Shown here piece by piece: positions 58,789-64,000 of a stretch of 64,000 bases of DNA (positions are counted from its first letter, which is position 1; the number at the start of each line of letters is the position of its first letter). The notes beneath the pieces were generated by a model. It saw only the letters and a program-made list of their open reading frames with translations, did no database searches and was not told the origin of the DNA. Origin of the DNA: Anolis carolinensis (lineage: Eukaryota); assembly GCF_035594765.1 (NCBI RefSeq), contig NC_085842.1, forward strand, positions 9,919,256-9,983,255, read 5' to 3'. The translations under genes were made by a program, and so were the position numbers.

Positions 58789-59937
58789 ATGGCAAGTCCT
58801 CTACCTCCCTATCCTAGATCACACACAGGGGAGAAGTTACATCAGTGTCTGGAATGTGGGAAACAATTTGATTGCAAAAGTTCTCTTACTGTACATGAAC
58901 GGACCCACACAGGGGAGAAGCCATATGAATGTGTGGAATGTGGAAAGAGCTTCAGTCGGAGTGACAAATTACGTTCCCATCAAAGGACCCACACAGGGGA
59001 GAAACCCTATAAATGCATAGAATGTGGAGAAAGCTTCAGTCGGAGTGACAGTCTACGTTCCCATCAAAGGACCCACACAGGGGAGAAGCCATATAAATGC
59101 ATGGAATGTGGAGAAAACTTCAGTCACAGTGGCAGTCTATGTTCCCATCAAAGGACCCACACAGGGGAGAAGCCCTCTAAATGCATGGAATGTGGAGAAA
59201 ACTTCAGTCACAGTGGCAGTCTACGTTCCCATCAAAGGAAGCACACAGGGGAGAAGCCCTATAAATGCATAGAATGTGGAGAAAATTTCAGTCGGAGTGA
59301 CAGTCTACGTTCCCATCAAAGGAAGCACACAGGGGAGAAGCCATATAAATGCATAGAATGTGGAGAAAGCTTCAGTCAAAGTGGCAGTCTACGTTCCCAT
59401 CAAAAGACCCACACAGGGGAGAAGCCACATAAATGCGTAGAATGCGGAAAGAGCTTCAGTCACAGTGGCAATCTACGTTCCCATCAAAGGACTCACATAG
59501 GGGAGAAGCCATATGAATGTGTGGAATGTGGAAAGAGCTTCAGTCGGAGTGACAAATTACGTTCCCATCAAAGGACCCACACAGGGGAGAAACCCTATAA
59601 ATGCATAGAATGTGGAGAAAGCTTCAGTCGGAGTGACAGTCTACGTTCCCATCAAAGGACCCACACAGGGGAGAAGCCATATAAATGCATGGAATGTGGA
59701 GAAAACTTCAGTCACAGTGGCAGTCTACGTTCCCATCAAAGGAAGCACACAGGGGAGAAGCCCTATAAATGCATAGAATGTGGAGAAAGCTTCAGTCGGA
59801 GTTACAGTCTACGTTCCCATCAAAGGAAGCACACAGGGGAGAAGCCATATAAATGCATAGAATGTGGAGAAAGCCTCAGTCAGAGTGGCAGTCTATGTTC
59901 CCATCAAAGGACCCACACAGAGGAGAAGTCACCTTAA
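58789..59937 (+). CDS. Gene D: C2H2-only zinc finger protein, 382 aa, 13 fingers
   Basis: ATG in AGAATGG context at the position homologous to gene C; acceptor TGCAG| at 58497; in-frame TAA at 58762. Confidence 0.83.
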   Translation: MASPLPPYPRSHTGEKLHQCLECGKQFDCKSSLTVHERTHTGEKPYECVECGKSFSRSDKLRSHQRTHTGEKPYKCIECGESFSRSDSLRSHQRTHTGEKPYKCMECGENFSHSGSLCSHQRTHTGEKPSKCMECGENFSHSGSLRSHQRKHTGEKPYKCIECGENFSRSDSLRSHQRKHTGEKPYKCIECGESFSQSGSLRSHQKTHTGEKPHKCVECGKSFSHSGNLRSHQRTHIGEKPYECVECGKSFSRSDKLRSHQRTHTGEKPYKCIECGESFSRSDSLRSHQRTHTGEKPYKCMECGENFSHSGSLRSHQRKHTGEKPYKCIECGESFSRSYSLRSHQRKHTGEKPYKCIECGESLSQSGSLCSHQRTHTEEKSP

Positions 59938-60792
59938 TGCACGGAATAGGAACAGAGCTTTAGAAAAAGTTCAGCATACAGTAGACATCACAGAACTCAT
60001 GTACCTCTAGAGGAGACGGGCCTTTGAGTTTCCGAATCTATAAAAACACATTGGAAGGAAAGAGGAAGGCCAGCACCTTGCTCTCTCTCCACCATGAATC
60101 GGAGTTTGTGTGGCCTTGGTTGACGGCTACTGGGAGCAGGTGTCACTCAGAATGGCAGCAAGCTTGGAAGGGGTTCACCTAACCTCCTCCGCAAAGAGAC
60201 CCATCGCAGGCTTCTAGGATGATGTGTGAAGGTTTGCTGAAATGAGCAGCAGCAGAGATCTCTGGATTAAAGGGTTCTGAAAAAGAATAGCTCTTTGGTT
60301 GCAGATAACGTCGTATCTTCATACTCCTGCCTTATTTCTTGGCTCTTCTGCATTCAATGGCATCAATTGTTTCCCATGCATGTGTACTGTATGTACTGTG
60401 ATCTGTCCTGAGTCCCTTGGTTGAAATTTTGGGTGCTAGCCCTGTACTTTTAACCCTTTTCTGGACTTTGTTGTATCCTGAATCATTGACTCTAAATTCT
60501 GGACTGACGTCTAGGTTTCGTATATGGACTTGGACTTTGTTTGTATCCCTGACTTTCTGGCTTGACTTTGGGACTCTAAATTCGGTTTGTACTCTTGATT
60601 TCTTGGTTGTTGTTTTATCAACTCAGCTGAATGAACTCCTGGCATGTGACTGTTGGGACTGTGACCTTGGTTCTTGTTAATTTTCACTCCTGACCTGTAT
60701 CTGCAGTACTCAACTTGTCCGCAATAATTGGACTCTTGACCTGCACTTGTATTCATTGTTCCTTCAACTGTGTTGCTCCAATTATTTTAGCT

Positions 60793-61155
60793 CAGTGGCT
60801 CCCAACCTTTTTTTAAACTAGGGATCATTTGACAAGGGACCACTCTCCAAAATTAGTACCAGAAGGGTTATAAATCAGTTTTTGGTCAACTTTAGATTTG
60901 GTTTGGTTATTTGGAGTGATGATTCAGAAAATTGCATTGGATAGACCACGTCAGCTCTCATTCCTGATATGCCATCCAGTTAGTCGTCATCTGCTCGCCC
61001 ACAGAAAACCATATTTAATAATCCTCAGGACTATAAGAGGGTTTCGCGAGACCAGTCACTCTCATTGTAATGCTGTAGTAACTGTGAGGCTGTGAACCCT
61101 ATTTTAGTTCTTGCGGACCACTGGTGGTCCATGGACCCCAGGTTGGGAACCACTG
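60793..61155. mobile_element. hAT-type MITE
   Basis: CAGTGGCTCCCAACC..GGTTGGGAACCACTG TIRs; perfect 8-bp TSD TTTTAGCT. Confidence 0.92.
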
Positions 61156-61709
61156 TTTTAGCTGGACTGAAGACTTTAGTTTTCCTATAAAATAATATGG
61201 TCTTGGCTTGTCTTGTGTTTGTTTAATAAACCTCAGACTTTATACCGAGAGAGCCCTGGAACATGAGACCATCAGCCTTGCTTTGTGTGTACTTATCCCT
61301 GTGTAGAGTGAAACCCTTTCTGGATATGAGACTGTTCAATCCCCACCTTTGGCAAAGGGTCCATTAGGACACACAGTATCCCTCCCCAACTGCAGAGAAT
61401 GGAAGACAAAAAATGACTACAACGACTGATGAAGATTCATGAATCCGTTGAGATGGACATATTAACTACATTGATGAAGTATAGAACCGCATTGAAAGGA
61501 AATAAGAGTAAATAGAGATACAAATCATATAGTGAGTGAGTTTTGTAAATTAGCATTTGATGTCAGTTAGTTTTGTTCTTATTGTGCAAGGTGTGTGTCC
61601 TTGTTCCCTTTATATTTGTTAAATAGTCCTTTTTAAAAAAAATGTACCAAAATTATTATTTGTATAAAATATTGTTTTTAAATACCAAAATTGTAATTTG
61701 TGTAAACCT

Positions 61710-61978
61710 AGTGGTGCCCAGGTGAGTTGAAAAAAGCATTTGTTGGCTGGGTTATTTGTCGACTGGGTTCAAGGCTCTCTGGCTAAGGGTGAACTACAAC
61801 TCCCATATGCAAATGGCAGTCACCCCAAACCCTGCCAGTATTCAGTCGGCCATGTTGGGTTTGTGGGCCATGTTTGGTCGAGAACTGTAGTCGGGTGGGT
61901 TTGGTGCTCTCTGGATGGGCATGAACCACGACTCCCATATTGCAAAGTCAATCGCCCCAAACCCTGCCAGTATTCAGT
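61710..61978 (-). mobile_element. Helitron-like fragment, near-identical to 3393-3656
   Basis: Direct comparison. Confidence 0.7.
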
Positions 61979-62289
61979 CCTATTGCAAGAAAGAAAACTA
62001 CAAATCAATCTGAAGTTACACCTCTAGCAACTCAATGCGTACATATAACAATAACAATAATAATGATAATAATAATAATTTTATTTCTTACTTGCCTCTC
62101 CTTGCAATTCGAGGGAGGTTACAACACAATTTTAAAAACACAAACATTGTCAAAATTCAACAAAGATATATATATATAAAACTAACTATAAAAGATCTAC
62201 ATTAAAATTGCCTTTCTATAAAATACATATTAAAGTCCATAAAACATCATACAAAGGACACAAGTTTAAAATATATACCCCTCTCAAGG

Positions 62290-63022
62290 CCTTAAATGCT
62301 GAACCTCGGATGCTGAACCAGTGCCTGGCCGCTGTGGCAGACTGGATGAGGAGGAACAAGCTGAGGATCAATCCTGACAAGACAGAGGCCCTCCTGGTCA
62401 GTCGCTCGTCGGATCGGGGTATTGGGTGGCAGCCTGTGCTGGACGGGGTTGCACTCCCCCTGAAATCACAGGTCCGTAGTTTGGGGGTCCTCCTGGACTC
62501 AGTGTTGACGCTTGAGGCTCAGGTGTCGGCGGTGGCCGGGAGGGCCTTTGCACAACTCAAACCTGTGCGCCAACTGCGACCATACCTCGTGAAGTCTGAC
62601 TTGACCACGGTGGTGCATGCCTTAGTTACCTCTAGACTGGACTACTGTAATGCGCTCTACGTGGGGCTTCCCTTGAAGATGGCTCGGAAATTACAACTGG
62701 TCCAACGCTCGGCTGCCAGATTAATAACGGGGGCAAGTTACAGGGAGAGATCCACTCCCTTGTTTAAGGAGCTCCACTGGCTGCCGTTCATCTTCCGGTC
62801 CCAATTCAAGGTGCAGACCATCATCTATAAAGCCCTAAACGGTTTGGGACCCACCTACCTCCGTGACCGTATCTCCCTCCATAAACCTGCCCGATCTTTA
62901 CGATCATCCGGGGAGGCCCTTTTATCACCACTGTCTATATCCCAGGCCCGCCTTGTGAGTACAAGGGAGAGGGCCTTTTCTGCTGTGGCCCCCCGACTAT
63001 GGAACTCACTGCCTACTGAAAG
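62290..63022 (+). mobile_element. L2 ORF2 C-terminal fragment (no tail)
   Basis: ORF 62208..63071: LRINPDKTE, SRLDYCN, LHWLP, APRLWNSLP. Confidence 0.9.
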
Positions 63023-63750
63023 TCAGATCAGACTTCTCGAGGTACGGTCGCAGCTGGCGCACAAGTTTTAGTTGTGCAAAGGTCCTCCCGGCCACGGCCG
63101 ACACCTGGGCCTCAAGCGTCAGCCCCGAATCCAGGAGGACCCCCAAGCTGCAATGGACCTGCGCCTTCAGGGGGAGTGCGACCCCGTCCAGCACAGGTTG
63201 CCACCCAATACCCCGATCAGACTTACGACTGACCTGGAGGACCTCTGTCTTGTCGGAATTAAGTCTCAGTTTGTTCACCCTCATCCAGGCCAACACAGCG
63301 GCCAGGCACTGATCCAATATCCGAGGGGCTTCCTTGGAGTTTGGTGGAAAGGAGTAGTAGAGTTGGGTGTCATCCGCGTAGAGATGGCACCGCACTCCAA
63401 TACTCCGGATGACCTCTCCCAGCGGTTTCATGTAGATGTTAAAAAGCATGGGGGACAGAATGGAACCTTGCAGGACCCCACAGGTCAAAGGCCAGGGGTC
63501 CGAGCAGGTGTCCCCCAGCTTCACCATCTGGGAACGGCCCTCCAGGAAGGACTGGAGCCACTGCAGAGCGGAACCCCCAAGGCCCATCCCGGAGAGACGT
63601 CCCAGAAGGAGACCATGGTCGATGGTCTCGAAAGCCGCTGAGATGTCCAAGAGAACCAGCAGGGTCACACTCCCCTGTCCAGCTCCCTGCGGAGGTCACC
63701 CACCAAGGCGACCAGAGCCGTCTCCAGGCCTGAAGCCAGACTGTGATTGG
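63023..63750 (-). mobile_element. L2 RT fragment (3' truncated)
   Basis: ORF 63006..63668: LDISAAF, QGSILSP, YADD. Confidence 0.9.
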
Positions 63751-63825
63751 ATAAGCGAGTGTTGGATAAGTGAGACTCTACTGTATATGGCAGTCGTTAT
63801 AATGAGGGAAGAGGAAACTGCCAGT

Positions 63826-64000
63826 CCCGTCAGACCTACATTTCAGGTTCCCAAGCGACACATTATGAAGCGGGGAAACCTCACCGAGCGGAGGCGGAGA
63901 GAGGAGGCTGCTTCCCCGACATGACCCGTCCACGCAGAGGTGCCTCCCGCTCCTTGGCCTGGCCCCCCCTTCTCCGCTTCAGCAGCCTGCCTGCGATGAG
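63826..64000. promoter_or_regulatory. Start of a third copy of the CpG-island promoter
   Basis: Near-identical to 21646-21820; runs off the window. Confidence 0.8.

Noticed and set aside
60420-61260. Possible LTR surrounding the hAT MITE
   Set aside because: Composition is suggestive, but no termini or TSD could be defined.

Overview
Vertebrate, almost certainly squamate (Anolis-like) genomic DNA; the organism is inferred from its repeats (L2, CR1, L1, Vingi, Dong/R4, Penelope, Sauria-type SINEs, Tigger and hAT MITEs). The window is a C2H2 zinc-finger gene cluster built from a ~30-kb unit present twice. Each unit has a minus-strand SCAN-KRAB-C2H2 gene (A: 10128-18894; B: 39550-49854), a CpG-island promoter that appears bidirectional, and a plus-strand C2H2-only gene with no detectable KRAB or SCAN (C: 29801-31447; D: 58789-59937). 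A third, heavily deleted copy of the unit starts near 61700 and ends in a third promoter copy at the window edge. Notable features: tandem X1-X2-Y (RFX/CREB/NF-Y-like) modules conserved in both promoters; a ~40-copy palindromic 24-bp minisatellite beside promoter 1; PRDM9-style and higher-order-repeat finger arrays; several fold-back LINE structures; Helitron-like elements and a Ty1/copia relic. Gene models are built by eye from splice signals and frame continuity. Repeat boundaries are approximate unless a TSD or TIR is quoted. No orthology-level gene symbols can be assigned.
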